From assembly GCA_964601325.1 (NCBI GenBank), contig CAZRNA010000003.1, positions 4,629 to 68,628 of the forward strand: a stretch of 64,000 bases of DNA, read 5' to 3'. Positions 1 to 9,870 of this stretch are shown in pieces. Source of the stretch: an uncultured Candidatus Bathyarchaeia archaeon. GTDB taxonomy: Archaea; Thermoproteota; Bathyarchaeia; 40CM-2-53-6. The notes below the pieces were generated by a model. That model was not told the DNA's origin. It did no database searches and saw nothing but the letters and a program-made list of their open reading frames with translations. Each line of letters begins with the position of its first letter. Within the stretch, counting starts at the first letter, position 1. The translations under genes were made by a program, and so were the position numbers.

Positions 1-1516
1 CTCCGCTGCCCTTCCATCCAACGAATGTTTGAGCTCCGGGCCATGCTCCTGTTGTGGCTCCACCGCGTCTGTTGGCATAAGCTACTCCGAATTCGATCGT
101 GTTCATGAATTTCTGAACCTCTTGTGGATCTTCTGCGAAGATGCCTGCAGTGAGACCATAGTCCGTATCGTTCGCCTTCCTCAGCGCCTCATCCAGAGTC
201 TTGAACTCGTCAACTACAATCAGCGGCACGAACAGCTCCTCAGTGAAGAGTCGATGCTCCCTCGGAAGGCCCGTGATCACAGTAGGCTCCACATAGTAGC
301 CTCTAGCGAGGTCTCCGTCGCTGAGAACATGACCGCCGCAAACGATCGTGCCTCCACTACGCTTTGCATCCTCGACTGCCTTAGTGAATCTCTTAACTGC
401 GGTCTGGTTGATGAGAGGCCCGAGGAATACGTCCTTGCGTCGCGGGTCGCCCACGACGAGTTCTCTCACTCTCGTGGTGAGCATATCGAGGAACTGTGAT
501 TTCACGATGTCCTGAACGTAAACTCGTGATGTTGCGCTGCACTTCTGGCCATCGTACCCGAACGATGCTCGGATGATTCCTTCCACTGCTTTCTTGAGAT
601 CTGCGCTCGCTGTCACTATGGTCGGGTTCTTGCTCCCCATTTCTAGCACCATCGGCTTCGGGTAGGATTGATTGGCAAGGAACTCGCGACGGAGTCTCAG
701 TCCAACATCACGCGATCCAGTGAACGCGATTCCCGCGACATCTGGATTCGACGTGAACTCTTCCTCGAACTCCGGACCTGGACCTGTGACGTAGTTCACC
801 ACTCCCTTGGGCACGCCCGCGTCACGATAGATCTTGTAGAGCATCAATCCAGTGAGGGGCGCTTCGCTTGTGGGTTTGAGAACGATAGTGTTCCCCGTGA
901 ATAGAGCTCCGAGGGCCATGCCGTTGGCGAGCATGAACGGAAAATTGAACGGTGAGATAACCACCCACACACCATACGGCTTGGAGACCACTCTGCAGTC
1001 TTCGCCGGGGGCACCCGGGCCAAGCTTCTTCGTGTAGCCGTTGTTCTCTTCCATCAGGTTTGCGTAGTATCGTATCGCGTCCACAGCTTCGGAGGCTTCA
1101 GCCGATGCCTCTAGCCTCGTCTTGCCGACCTCGTATGTTATCGAGGCGGCAATCTCAAATTTCTTCTGATCCATCAGATCCGCCGCTCGACGCATAATTC
1201 GGACACGTTCCTGCCACTGCATGCCGCTCCACGCTTCGAGAGACTTCTTCGCAGCCTCGATTGCGAGTTGTGCATGTCTTCTTGTGCCCTTTTGGAAATG
1301 TCCCACAACTATCGAGGTATCAATGGGGCTTCTATGCTCGAACTCTCCGTCATCGGACTGAACCTCCTCACCGTCAATATACATCGGATGGTACTGATCC
1401 AGATCGTGTCCAAGGCGCTCGAGCGCGGCCTCGTACTCTGCATCCATTCTCTCATCCCCTGAGAGCGTAACGTACGTAACTTTGGAAGTCAACAGAACAC
1501 CCTCAGCAATTGACAT
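1..1516 (-). CDS. Aldehyde dehydrogenase family protein (1-pyrroline-5-carboxylate dehydrogenase-like), partial; C-terminus runs off the window start
   Basis: Manual reverse-complement translation from the ATG at 1516..1514 gives MSIAEGVLLTSKVTYVTL...VISPFNFP...ELGGKNP-like...EFGVAYANRRGGATTGAWPGAQTFVGWKGSG. The ALDH catalytic region and the RocA-like C-terminal motif are present. Absent from the ORF track because no stop codon lies inside the window. Confidence 0.8.
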   Translation of the reverse strand, partial: MSIAEGVLLTSKVTYVTLSGDERMDAEYEAALERLGHDLDQYHPMYIDGEEVQSDDGEFEHRSPIDTSIVVGHFQKGTRRHAQLAIEAAKKSLEAWSGMQWQERVRIMRRAADLMDQKKFEIAASITYEVGKTRLEASAEASEAVDAIRYYANLMEENNGYTKKLGPGAPGEDCRVVSKPYGVWVVISPFNFPFMLANGMALGALFTGNTIVLKPTSEAPLTGLMLYKIYRDAGVPKGVVNYVTGPGPEFEEEFTSNPDVAGIAFTGSRDVGLRLRREFLANQSYPKPMVLEMGSKNPTIVTASADLKKAVEGIIRASFGYDGQKCSATSRVYVQDIVKSQFLDMLTTRVRELVVGDPRRKDVFLGPLINQTAVKRFTKAVEDAKRSGGTIVCGGHVLSDGDLARGYYVEPTVITGLPREHRLFTEELFVPLIVVDEFKTLDEALRKANDTDYGLTAGIFAEDPQEVQKFMNTIEFGVAYANRRGGATTGAWPGAQTFVGWKGSG

Positions 1517-1707
1517 AAGGACCCAATGGCTGGGATTTTAGGCTGGGTTCTTTGACAAAGCAATCCTAGGTCAGTATTTCATCTCAAGTCGACAAGAATC
1601 TCTGCGCTCACTTGTCACATTTAGCAACAAAAGAAGGTCGTCTGGGCCATATGCAAATGTCTCTTCAAATGGCCCCTGGCGTACCTTATGTTGCGTGAGG
1701 ACGGTCC

Positions 1708-2076
1708 ATGAATACCTGCCAGACTCTGAATGTTTGCTCTCGAAAGGAATGGCGGCGTTGGTTGTCAAAACACTACAAGAGCAAGAATGGCATCTGGCTG
1801 GTTTTTCACAAGAAGTCGAGTGGAGAACCAACAATCGACTACGACGAAGCCGTAGAGGAGGCAATCTGCTTCGGTTGGATCGATGGGCAGATCAGACGGG
1901 TAGATGACCACAAGCACATGCGACGCTTCACACCGCGCCGTCAGAGAAGCAATTGGTCAGACAGCAACAAGCGTCGTGCCTTGGGCATGCTGCGCCAAGG
2001 AAAGATGACTGAAGCCGGCCGATCGGTGCTGCCACTTGATGTTCTGGATGATAAGAGAAAGAGAGCGGAGATCTGA
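1708..2076 (+). CDS. YdeI/OmpD-associated (DUF1801-like) family protein
   Basis: 122 aa. EWRRWLSKHYKS..GIWLVFHKK...EAICFGWIDG...RFTPRR..SNWS pattern is typical of the YdeI/OmdA family. Confidence 0.55.
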   Translation: MNTCQTLNVCSRKEWRRWLSKHYKSKNGIWLVFHKKSSGEPTIDYDEAVEEAICFGWIDGQIRRVDDHKHMRRFTPRRQRSNWSDSNKRRALGMLRQGKMTEAGRSVLPLDVLDDKRKRAEI

Positions 2077-2095
2077 GTCTCTGTCTCTTGAGTTC

Positions 2096-2701
2096 TCACT
2101 GGTAGTAACCAAACGGGAGTTCTAGTCTCTCTGCAACCTTGCGTGCTGTTGCCGCGTCAAATATCAGTTCTAGCAGTCTGAGGCCGAGGTCTATCGAAGA
2201 GGAAACCCCGGCAGAAGTGACTACGTTGCCGTCAACGTGCGCTCTCCCTCCGGCAGGCTCAGCGTACCCCTCAAGTTCCTTCACGTACCACTGATGAGTC
2301 AACGCTTTCTTCCCGTCTAGTATTCCTGCTGCGCCCAGTAGCAGAGATCCTGTGCAGACCGAACAGATCACGTGGTCGTTCCCGAATTGGCGCAGTTTCT
2401 CCAGAAAACCGTCGTCCTTCATGAGCGGCCTAATGCCTCCCCCGCCTGGAATTATCAAGGCGTCATAAGGGGTGAAGTCAGATGAGACTTTGTCCGGTAA
2501 GACCTTTAGTCCGTTTGTGCATGAAACCGGAGATTCAGTGGCGAGTACATCAACGCGCAGAGGTCTGTCCAGCTTCAGCGCTCCCTCCTTCAGCATCGTG
2601 TTCGCGCTGCCAAGTACTTCGTAGACCCCTACGAAATCAAATTCTTCAACATCTGGAAAAATGAAGATGGCAAAGTATCTGATTTTCTTGAAGTCTACCA
2701 T
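2096..2701 (-). CDS. DJ-1/PfpI family protein (class I glutamine amidotransferase-like)
   Basis: 201 aa. 'ALIIPGGGG', nucleophile-elbow 'ICSVCTGSLLLGAAGILDGKKAT' and a C-terminal 'VVTSAGVSSSIDLGL' motif. Confidence 0.8.
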   Translation of the reverse strand: MVDFKKIRYFAIFIFPDVEEFDFVGVYEVLGSANTMLKEGALKLDRPLRVDVLATESPVSCTNGLKVLPDKVSSDFTPYDALIIPGGGGIRPLMKDDGFLEKLRQFGNDHVICSVCTGSLLLGAAGILDGKKALTHQWYVKELEGYAEPAGGRAHVDGNVVTSAGVSSSIDLGLRLLELIFDAATARKVAERLELPFGYYQ

Positions 2702-2814
2702 GTTTCTGATTCACGGCTCAGACATTGTGTTCCATCAGGATTATCAAATAGATATGAAAGCCTCGCTACGCAGACATCAGATAGACGAGTGATGCACGTG
2801 AAGAGGTCCGAGCT

Positions 2815-3861
2815 GTGAGAAAGACCCTGTCTCCTGCGTTCGTGCTATTCTTCTTGGCTCCCGTGATACCGGAACTACTCACGGGAAGCACGCCGCTGGC
2901 GAATTTCTTGAACCCATTCGGGTTCGGCTTGTTGGTCGGGCTGTATGGCAGCGGTGCCGTGGTTGTGCGTGAACTGACGTATCGCTGGGGGAAGGGCTGG
3001 CCAACTGTCTTGAGCCTTGGGGCTGCATACGGAATCATCGAAGAAGGGCTTATGGTTAGGAGTTTCTTCAGCCCCAACTGGCCTGACTTGGGCGTCTTGG
3101 CTCAGTACGGTCGCTGGGCTGGAGTCAACCTGATCTGGGCTCTACAGCTCACCGTCTTTCATGCGGTTTTCAGCATCACAATGCCGATTATGTTGGTGAA
3201 CCTGATCTTCCAGACCCAGCGGTCGCGGTCCTGGGTCAAGGGACGAACCCTGTTCCTGTTAGGCGCCGTGCTGGTGATTGAGGTCATGCTGGGTTTCCTA
3301 CTGTTCCCTTACAATCCGCCTCCGATCCAGTATCTTATCGCAGTCTTGACCGTGGCTGGACTGTTCTGGTTAGGAAAGCGTCTGCCCCGCTCTATTTTCG
3401 GGAGGAGAGAAACTAGAGTCAGAAGTCCGTTCATATTCGGACTTGTGGGGGCCCTAGGTACCGTCGCATTCTTCCTGGTCTTCTGGGGGCTCCCGAGCAC
3501 AGGGCTTCCTGTTCCAGTGACAATTGCTGTGAGCACGGCGTATCTTGTGGTCGTTGCTTGGATCATTCTGAGAATGACAGGCAACGGGCATCTTTGGTCG
3601 GATATGCATCAACTAGGACTAGTCAGCGGAGCTGTCAGCCCGTTCATTATCTTGGCACCACTGCGGGAACTTTCCAAAACCCAGCCGAAGAACCTCGCAG
3701 GCATAACTCTGGTAGCTTTGCTCTTCGCGGTGTTGTTGGGGTTGATGGCATTACGAATCAGGCGGAGAGAATCCCGTGTTGTGCGAGCTTACTGCATGAA
3801 TTGTGGGGTCGCCGTGACGCCAGAAGATATCTACTGTCGCGAATGCGGCGGAAGATTGTGA
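2815..3861 (+). CDS. Polytopic membrane protein with C-terminal C4 zinc ribbon
   Basis: 348 aa. Multiple hydrophobic helices. Ends YCMNCGVAVTPEDIYCRECGGRL (CxxC...CxxC). Confidence 0.5.
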   Translation: MRKTLSPAFVLFFLAPVIPELLTGSTPLANFLNPFGFGLLVGLYGSGAVVVRELTYRWGKGWPTVLSLGAAYGIIEEGLMVRSFFSPNWPDLGVLAQYGRWAGVNLIWALQLTVFHAVFSITMPIMLVNLIFQTQRSRSWVKGRTLFLLGAVLVIEVMLGFLLFPYNPPPIQYLIAVLTVAGLFWLGKRLPRSIFGRRETRVRSPFIFGLVGALGTVAFFLVFWGLPSTGLPVPVTIAVSTAYLVVVAWIILRMTGNGHLWSDMHQLGLVSGAVSPFIILAPLRELSKTQPKNLAGITLVALLFAVLLGLMALRIRRRESRVVRAYCMNCGVAVTPEDIYCRECGGRL

Positions 3862-3864
3862 GCA

Positions 3865-4347
3865 CTACGTCCTCTGTTCGGTTTCGTTGGCTTGTTCTGG
3901 AGATTCTCGATTCTGTATGCCGATGATGACGCCGACTCGAGTCTTCGGATCAATCCTCATGGAAACCCCGAACACCCGAGTTGAATCATCTCGAGTCAAA
4001 TACCGGACCTCAACGTCGCGCACATTGTAAGTCGACATTTCGCCGGATAATTGCATCGCTGTGCCACATCGAGTACAGAATCGAGCTTGGGCATAGTCGA
4101 TCGTAGAGCATCTAGGACATTGAATCAGGTTCTTGTTGAGCAAAGTAATTCTGTCGAGCAGGCCTGACAGCTGTCTCCCGTTGCCGAGCTCACTGTAAGA
4201 CTGACTAGACAATGCCAGATCAGAACGTGAAGCACCGTATAGTTTCGTGCGTAAGATCCCGCGTAGTAGAACAACGGCCGCAGCCGTTCCAGAAAGCACT
4301 GAGAAGACGAGGAATGCACTCTCAGTTGCGAGTGGAGCCAAGCTCAT
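3865..4347 (-). CDS. Membrane-anchored zinc-ribbon protein, hypothetical
   Basis: 160 aa. N-terminal TM helix (FLVFSVLSGTAAAVVLL) and a CPRC...CTRCG zinc ribbon. Convergent with the preceding gene. Confidence 0.4.
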   Translation of the reverse strand: MSLAPLATESAFLVFSVLSGTAAAVVLLRGILRTKLYGASRSDLALSSQSYSELGNGRQLSGLLDRITLLNKNLIQCPRCSTIDYAQARFCTRCGTAMQLSGEMSTYNVRDVEVRYLTRDDSTRVFGVSMRIDPKTRVGVIIGIQNRESPEQANETEQRT

Positions 4348-4575
4348 ACTGACGGCAACGGCGGATTGGATATATCAATGTTCCGCAATAGGCACATCAT
4401 TGTACTCCATGAGGCTCTGACCCCACAAGAAACTCATGGGGGCTCCCTCCGGAACCTCTCTTGCTGGCCGTTCAGACTGGGATGACGAAGTGCATGAGCG
4501 AGCGCCTCGGCCTCAAGCCCGGCATAAGCTGTGGGCATCATCCGAAACAGAGACGAAATCCAAACGATGAGAGAA

Positions 4576-6147
4576 CTATGACCTCTTTCGAAATCGTTTG
4601 AAGTTAAGCATGAATAGTCCGAGGATCACGCCGAGAAGAACCGCCTCGATTGAGAATCCCGGGATTTCTCGTTGTGCCGCAGCGGAAGAGGATTCAGAGA
4701 GGATCGATGATGAAGTCCATGCCGTTTCCGTTGTGATTGGTGGCAATGTTGTGCCAGAAGATGAAGTCGAACTGGTTGTTGTCGACATTGTCGGACTTGG
4801 CATTTCGTTGAGCAAGATCGCTGCTGAGTAGGGAGGCAGTGTGACGCTCGTCACCGCTCGGTAGCTGACCTCACCCGTCGGGTTGCCAGATGGGGATACG
4901 GGTCCACCGCCGCTGGTTTGTGCCAGGTAATAGGTTCCTCCTAGGTTGACTGTGATTGTTGTTCCGCTACTGTCCTGAGCATTGAGCAACACGAAGCCAT
5001 TGTCAAATGTGCGGCGATAGACGTGTTTCACCGGGTCGTACAGGTTAGCGATGTCCGAGCCTGCGCTCTGTGTGGGGGCGCCTATCGGAATATCATACTC
5101 TGGATACCATTCCGGCCCTTCGCCCTGCATGATGTTCAGGAAGGTTTGAGTGCCTTTGACGAGCAGGTAGGTCCCTAGAACGAACGTGCGCTCCTGATCA
5201 CCACTGACGTAACTTTGTCCAATGATTACTTTGTCTTGCACAACCAGTCCGAGAACTCGGTTCGTCTGCAGCTGCCAGTCGCTGTAAGGATACGGGCTTT
5301 GGTCTGCTTCTATGGCGAAGCCCTCTATCATCACCCCATCGGCTGGACTGTAGTCGGTGCGGTCACGGGAGTTGATCCAGTTCCCAACGTTTGGAAGGAT
5401 GTAATAGCCTCCGATCGGTTGGGTCTGCAACCAGGATAGCCAGTCCGAAATGCGGTTTGACCACGCGTTCTCAAAAGCCTCGTCCACGGCAGGCAAGCTA
5501 GGATCGTAGTGGTCGTACCCCATATAGTTGGGCACACTGAGGCTGTCCATGAAAACGCCGTCATCATCGTTGACTTGAACTTGTCGTAGGACTTCGCCTT
5601 GCCAGTAGGTGCGCCAACCGCTTTCATCTAGATTCATCAGGTACCAGCCCCAATCACAATTGTAGACGCGGTTCGCACTTCCCTCAGGGTAGCGATAGAA
5701 CCAGTTTTCCTCAGCAGAGTTCGGATATTCGCGAACCCAATCATTGCCCTCGATGATAGCAAGCCAATCACCGGTTGGTTGACACCGGCTCTCAGGAGCA
5801 CGATAACCTAGCCCCAATCCTAGCCGGTAATGCAAGATGACGAAGCTCGGGTTGATACCGCGTAGGCGATCAGCGTCGATTCGTAGCATTTTCTGTGTTC
5901 CGGCGTAGTGAGTGGCGGAGAAGCCCCACTGGTCGTCACTCATTCCCGCGGAAAGTTGATCACTGAAGATGTGGACGCCGCGCGTGGTATCAGGGAGCCG
6001 ACGTGCAGAGACGGCGGATAGATTGTCAAGGTCCCTGCGTGAGGTTTCATGAGCAAAGCTGCGGTCGTAGCTCCAAACGTAGGTCGGAAGTGTTAGCGCT
6101 AAGAGGATTAGAATGAATGTTGAGAACAGCAAAATCTTGGTCTTCAA
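4576..6147 (-). CDS. Secreted glycoside-hydrolase-like protein with Ser/Thr-rich linker and PGF-CTERM archaeal sorting signal
   Basis: 523 aa. Signal peptide MKTKILLFSTFILILLALTLP. W/Y/D-rich catalytic-like core. STTTSSTSSSGTTLPP linker. C-terminal ...IPGFSIEAVLLGVILGLFMLNFKRFRKRS (PGF + TM + basic tail). Confidence 0.6.
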   Translation of the reverse strand: MKTKILLFSTFILILLALTLPTYVWSYDRSFAHETSRRDLDNLSAVSARRLPDTTRGVHIFSDQLSAGMSDDQWGFSATHYAGTQKMLRIDADRLRGINPSFVILHYRLGLGLGYRAPESRCQPTGDWLAIIEGNDWVREYPNSAEENWFYRYPEGSANRVYNCDWGWYLMNLDESGWRTYWQGEVLRQVQVNDDDGVFMDSLSVPNYMGYDHYDPSLPAVDEAFENAWSNRISDWLSWLQTQPIGGYYILPNVGNWINSRDRTDYSPADGVMIEGFAIEADQSPYPYSDWQLQTNRVLGLVVQDKVIIGQSYVSGDQERTFVLGTYLLVKGTQTFLNIMQGEGPEWYPEYDIPIGAPTQSAGSDIANLYDPVKHVYRRTFDNGFVLLNAQDSSGTTITVNLGGTYYLAQTSGGGPVSPSGNPTGEVSYRAVTSVTLPPYSAAILLNEMPSPTMSTTTSSTSSSGTTLPPITTETAWTSSSILSESSSAAAQREIPGFSIEAVLLGVILGLFMLNFKRFRKRS

Positions 6148-6822
6148 TGAAGCTCACGTAGTTATGCACCTTTGGCAACATAACATTATGTCACCTGATC
6201 CCAAAGCAAGTGAGCGGCATCTATCCTATGATTCGATCAACGGGAGACATGAGGGCTCTCAACAGAAGGCTCGGGCCCGGGGGAACTCTGTACCGAAGGT
6301 TGAGGAAACCGATTCTACTAGGCCAAGGTGGATGGCTTCTCGGTTTTGGGCCTGTACCGACCTTCTGTAGCGAGCATTTTGAGGGCTTCTAGTTCTCAAA
6401 AGTGACTTGCATGATGAGTTCTGCGTTGGGGCTGCCAAGTCCGGCCCTATTCAATCAGTTCTTGGATGTGTTAAATGGTCTTGCTTTCTTCGTCTCTATT
6501 GAAATCCTGTGCGTCAGAGAGGCACTCAACTCTCATCTGTCAGGATCTGGTGTCGTTATTCATGAAAGATGAGATGCTTCGCGACTGGTGAGAGATCATT
6601 CAATGAGTGAAGGCTGTTGTAGCCCGAATGGGGGGTCGTGGGCGTAGGCCGCTGATGTGTGACTCAGCTGGGATTTCTGCTTGATTTCGTACGCTTCCTC
6701 ATGCCTTGCTTTTTCTTCTGCCTTTTTCGCATACCATGGTCTGACTTGCTCAATTTGTGGGTCAAGCTACTATCTCCTGCAATTGCTGGCCGACATGTGT
6801 TGCCGCCTCTACTTCAGGATAC

Positions 6823-7128
6823 CTAGCGCCGACGTGGTTTCGGCTTAGGCTGGATTGAACTCGCTGGAGTCTTGGTTACTTCTCCGCGAGACGAGACGGT
6901 GGCTGCAAACTGCTCTTTCACGCCCGCCTCCGTGACGTAGGTTCCTTTGACTTTCCAAGCACCTTTTTCGTCCGGGCCTTCAGTTTCTTCCTCAGTGGTC
7001 AGAGAAACGATCTTGCCGTGAAAAGTTCTTGTTCCGAGGAAGTATTTTCTTACTACGCTTCTTGCGTCCTCAGCGTTTCCTATTCGCATCTTCGCCCCTA
7101 CTTTGAACAAGTGAATAGGTGAAGGCAC
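6823..7128 (-). CDS. Hypothetical small protein
   Basis: 101 aa ORF with a Lys/Pro-rich basic C-terminus. No recognisable domain. The start may be the internal M (MRIGNAEDA). Confidence 0.3.
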   Translation of the reverse strand: MPSPIHLFKVGAKMRIGNAEDARSVVRKYFLGTRTFHGKIVSLTTEEETEGPDEKGAWKVKGTYVTEAGVKEQFAATVSSRGEVTKTPASSIQPKPKPRRR

Positions 7129-7342
7129 AAGATATTAGAGCATCGACTGAGGCCGCAACTGGTGATGCGTTTCATTTCACCTCTCAGCATCTTCCGATGC
7201 TGAAATAGGCAGCGTTATTAGTGTCGGTGCCATGATGACCGAACAGGTTAGCTGTACGGGCTGAAGCCAAGCGTCCTACCGTAACCATCCGTGTCGGCGT
7301 CTAAGTTTTCTCCCGAAAAACTAGCTGAACGAAACGAACGAG

Positions 7343-7558
7343 GTGAAACGCATGAGCTTTGAACGTTCCTTCAACAAGCCGGTTGAGGAAGGTAAGGAGT
7401 ACGAGCTTGAGATCAAAGAGACTAGCCGTCGAGGAGACGGAGTAGCTCGGATCGAGGGCTTCGTAGTCTTTGTTCCACAAACCAAACCTGGCGATAAAGT
7501 GAAGGTCAAGATTAATTCTGTTGGTCCAAGATTCGCCACAGGCGAAGTCGTCCAATAG
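7343..7558 (+). CDS. TRAM domain-containing protein
   Basis: EGKEYELEIKETSRRGDGVARIEGFVVFVPQTKPGDKVKVKINSVGPRFATGEVVQ is a textbook stand-alone archaeal TRAM domain. The start is possibly MSFERS at 7352. Confidence 0.8.
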   Translation: MKRMSFERSFNKPVEEGKEYELEIKETSRRGDGVARIEGFVVFVPQTKPGDKVKVKINSVGPRFATGEVVQ

Positions 7559-7559
7559 A

Positions 7560-7618
7560 ACCCCGGGAGGATTTCCTCCCGATTTCCCTTTTTCTCTTTT
7601 TTTCTCTTCTCTTGATGT
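7560..7618 (+). terminator. Intrinsic archaeal terminator: GC hairpin followed by a long T-tract
   Basis: ccccGGGAGGAtttCCTCCCgatttccctttttctctttttttctcttctctt lies immediately after the TRAM stop codon. Confidence 0.5.
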
Positions 7619-7681
7619 TGACTTTCCGAATAGCAACCGCTATCTTAAGCTTGATCGGAGAAATTGCGCGTCGGGCTGAAC

Positions 7682-8053
7682 TCATGCTACTACTTCGAAG
7701 TAGTGGCGGTTTCCTTTCATATCTTCCTCGTAATCGTACTTCTTGCCCGTCTTTCGATCAACGTAGAGGCCTGAGCCGATGTGGTCTATCTGCATACCGT
7801 TGATTCGGGCCGTGTCATAATCGAGAATATTGATGTAGTTGCGGCCTTCCGTTGGCTTCCAATCCTGCATTGGTTGCGATTCGCTTGTCTCCAAGATCTG
7901 GAGAAAAGTCCGCGGTGAACTTGTTTCCTCATGGCCGTTGGGGCACTTGAATATCTTCGAGTCCATGAAGTCATTAAATTTCGTGTATGTCCCCGTGAAT
8001 TGGAAGTTGGTGCCGCATTTTCGGCAAGTGCACACGAAAACTCGATCTGACAT
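7682..8053 (-). CDS. Hypothetical zinc-finger protein
   Basis: 123 aa. CTCRKCG...KCPNGH cysteine/histidine cluster. No family recognised. Confidence 0.4.
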   Translation of the reverse strand: MSDRVFVCTCRKCGTNFQFTGTYTKFNDFMDSKIFKCPNGHEETSSPRTFLQILETSESQPMQDWKPTEGRNYINILDYDTARINGMQIDHIGSGLYVDRKTGKKYDYEEDMKGNRHYFEVVA

Positions 8054-8683
8054 AGCCTACTACAGGACGCCCGCCTTATAGGTGTCCCTATAATTCAAGA
8101 ATGATTGTTGGATCGTTGACGATGCGAGGAACTGAAAAAAGGATCGGAGATGGGTTGCGTCACCGAATGAATTGCTTCCGTCGGCGGTCAATCTCTGCAG
8201 CTAGCAACTCAGGAGTGCGTCGCTGCGCCCAATAAATGCTCTTCAAACAACCTCACCGCCCCAGAATACCACATTCTTCCACGTATAAGGAGGATCAGAT
8301 GCGACATATCAACCGATAGCAAGCACTATCGAATCTAAACACCCTTGAGAGACTCGCATCCGCGAATTCACCGTAGCGACCACTTGCATATGAGAAGAGA
8401 ATCCTGCTTGAATCTGACAAGTCTAGGCGTCTGGCAAGAATCCTTAGGGATCAGTTTGAAACCCACGCTTGGGACCGTCAACTGGACACTTCTTGAGGCG
8501 ACTTTTCTCCGATTCAGGTTCTAGAGATGACTTGTGATACGTTTCACGGTTCCTTCCAATAACTCTCTCGTCGCTCATCATCTCCGCGTAGTCAGAAACG
8601 TAGAGACAGTTCGGATCATCTATCTTGAACTAGTATATGCGTTGTGGCATCCGCAAAGACAGTGGCGGAGCGGCTTGTAGGTC

Positions 8684-9046
8684 TCAGGGGTCGCGAACGA
8701 AATGGGGCATTTCCCGTGGGATTTCCAGAGAGAGTTCCATGAACCCCCGATATCTCTCATCCACATGCCATGGTGTTTGATAGATCAGTTTTCTGACGCC
8801 ATTCTTCTCTATTGTGTAGGCGTTTGCTTGGCGATTGTCCATCAGCTCTTTGAGTTTCGTGCGGGCTGGTTCAGGGTGACAAGCCCACAAATTGGTGCCG
8901 ATCAGTTTTTCCCCGCCTTGGTCACGGAAGTCCTCAATGGCCTTATCGTTTAACTCGATGATGGTTCCAGTTGAGTCGCAGACAGTGATTGCGCCTGGGA
9001 ATTCCTTTACCCATGTGTGACCTGAAGTCCCGCTCATTGATCTCAA
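8684..9046 (-). CDS. Small PAS-like sensor domain protein
   Basis: 120 aa. ITVCDSTGTIIELNDKAIEDF...GTNLWACHP...GVRKLIYQTPWHVDERYRGFMELSLEI resembles a single PAS fold. Confidence 0.4.
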   Translation of the reverse strand: MRSMSGTSGHTWVKEFPGAITVCDSTGTIIELNDKAIEDFRDQGGEKLIGTNLWACHPEPARTKLKELMDNRQANAYTIEKNGVRKLIYQTPWHVDERYRGFMELSLEIPREMPHFVRDP

Positions 9047-9158
9047 CCCATCCTAGGTGCAGTTCAGTTCTGAAGAACATTTACCGGTTATTTGGCTTCT
9101 GTGCAGGCCATTGGACTCACCTATGAGAAGCGTCTAGCGTTGTGTTCTCTGCGCTGGC

Positions 9159-9710
9159 TCATCTGTGTAGCGTTTGTGTTGTGTGCGTTGTGGCGTGCAC
9201 AACCCGTGCTGACCCACTGAAGTCCTTTGATGACGACGATTCTGCTGATGTACACGGAGGAAGGCAGACTTGGTCGGCGTTGTCCAGTAACCGGATTAGT
9301 TCGTCAGCTACTTCAGTCACGTCTGCCTTCTGGGACACTACCACCTTCGCGCAGCCGGCTTCTCTGGGCACTTCGATTTCATAGTGTGAGCCCTTATCCG
9401 TGACGGAGTAGCGGACGCCTCGAAGCAGGTCTGTCACTACGTACACGTCGCTGGTGCTATCTTTGAGTGTCTGCAATTCCATTTCGGTCACCTCGAAGGG
9501 AAGTCTGGCCATTGGTTTGTTGGAGAGCCCCACTAACCATTGATTCCTCTGGAGTTGCTCGGCGGCCTCCGGTGGAGTCCAAGCCTTCGAACGGTCAAGC
9601 GTCATGTTCAATGGAACCGCACGAATGAAACTCAGTTTGAACTCGTCGATCTTCGGCAGGTACGAGCCGACGATCCCGAGCTTACGGATCACGTTCGTTG
9701 CGATGCTCAT
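9159..9710 (-). CDS. Hypothetical protein
   Basis: 183 aa ORF with a coding-like composition. No recognisable motif. Confidence 0.35.
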   Translation of the reverse strand: MSIATNVIRKLGIVGSYLPKIDEFKLSFIRAVPLNMTLDRSKAWTPPEAAEQLQRNQWLVGLSNKPMARLPFEVTEMELQTLKDSTSDVYVVTDLLRGVRYSVTDKGSHYEIEVPREAGCAKVVVSQKADVTEVADELIRLLDNADQVCLPPCTSAESSSSKDFSGSARVVHATTHTTQTLHR

Positions 9711-9870
9711 TCACATCACCACGGGAAGCATACTACATCGAACTGACGGTTGTGTCTTCTACCGTCGTATGATGGTGACTTTGAGTCGTCGTATGGTAAG
9801 ATCGCGGTCCCGTCCTATGACGGCACAGAACTTATCTTCCAAGAGCGTACCATGAAACTGATGTTCGGCA

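Noticed and set aside
668-1470. Plus-strand ORFs 668..904, 852..1037, 1261..1470, 1268..1462.
   Set aside because: They are antisense to the clearly coding minus-strand ALDH gene.
6785-6900. Possible tRNA suggested by a 'ggattgaac' T-loop-like string near 6850.
   Set aside because: A cloverleaf cannot be completed (no matching T-stem or acceptor pairing), and it lies inside a coding ORF.
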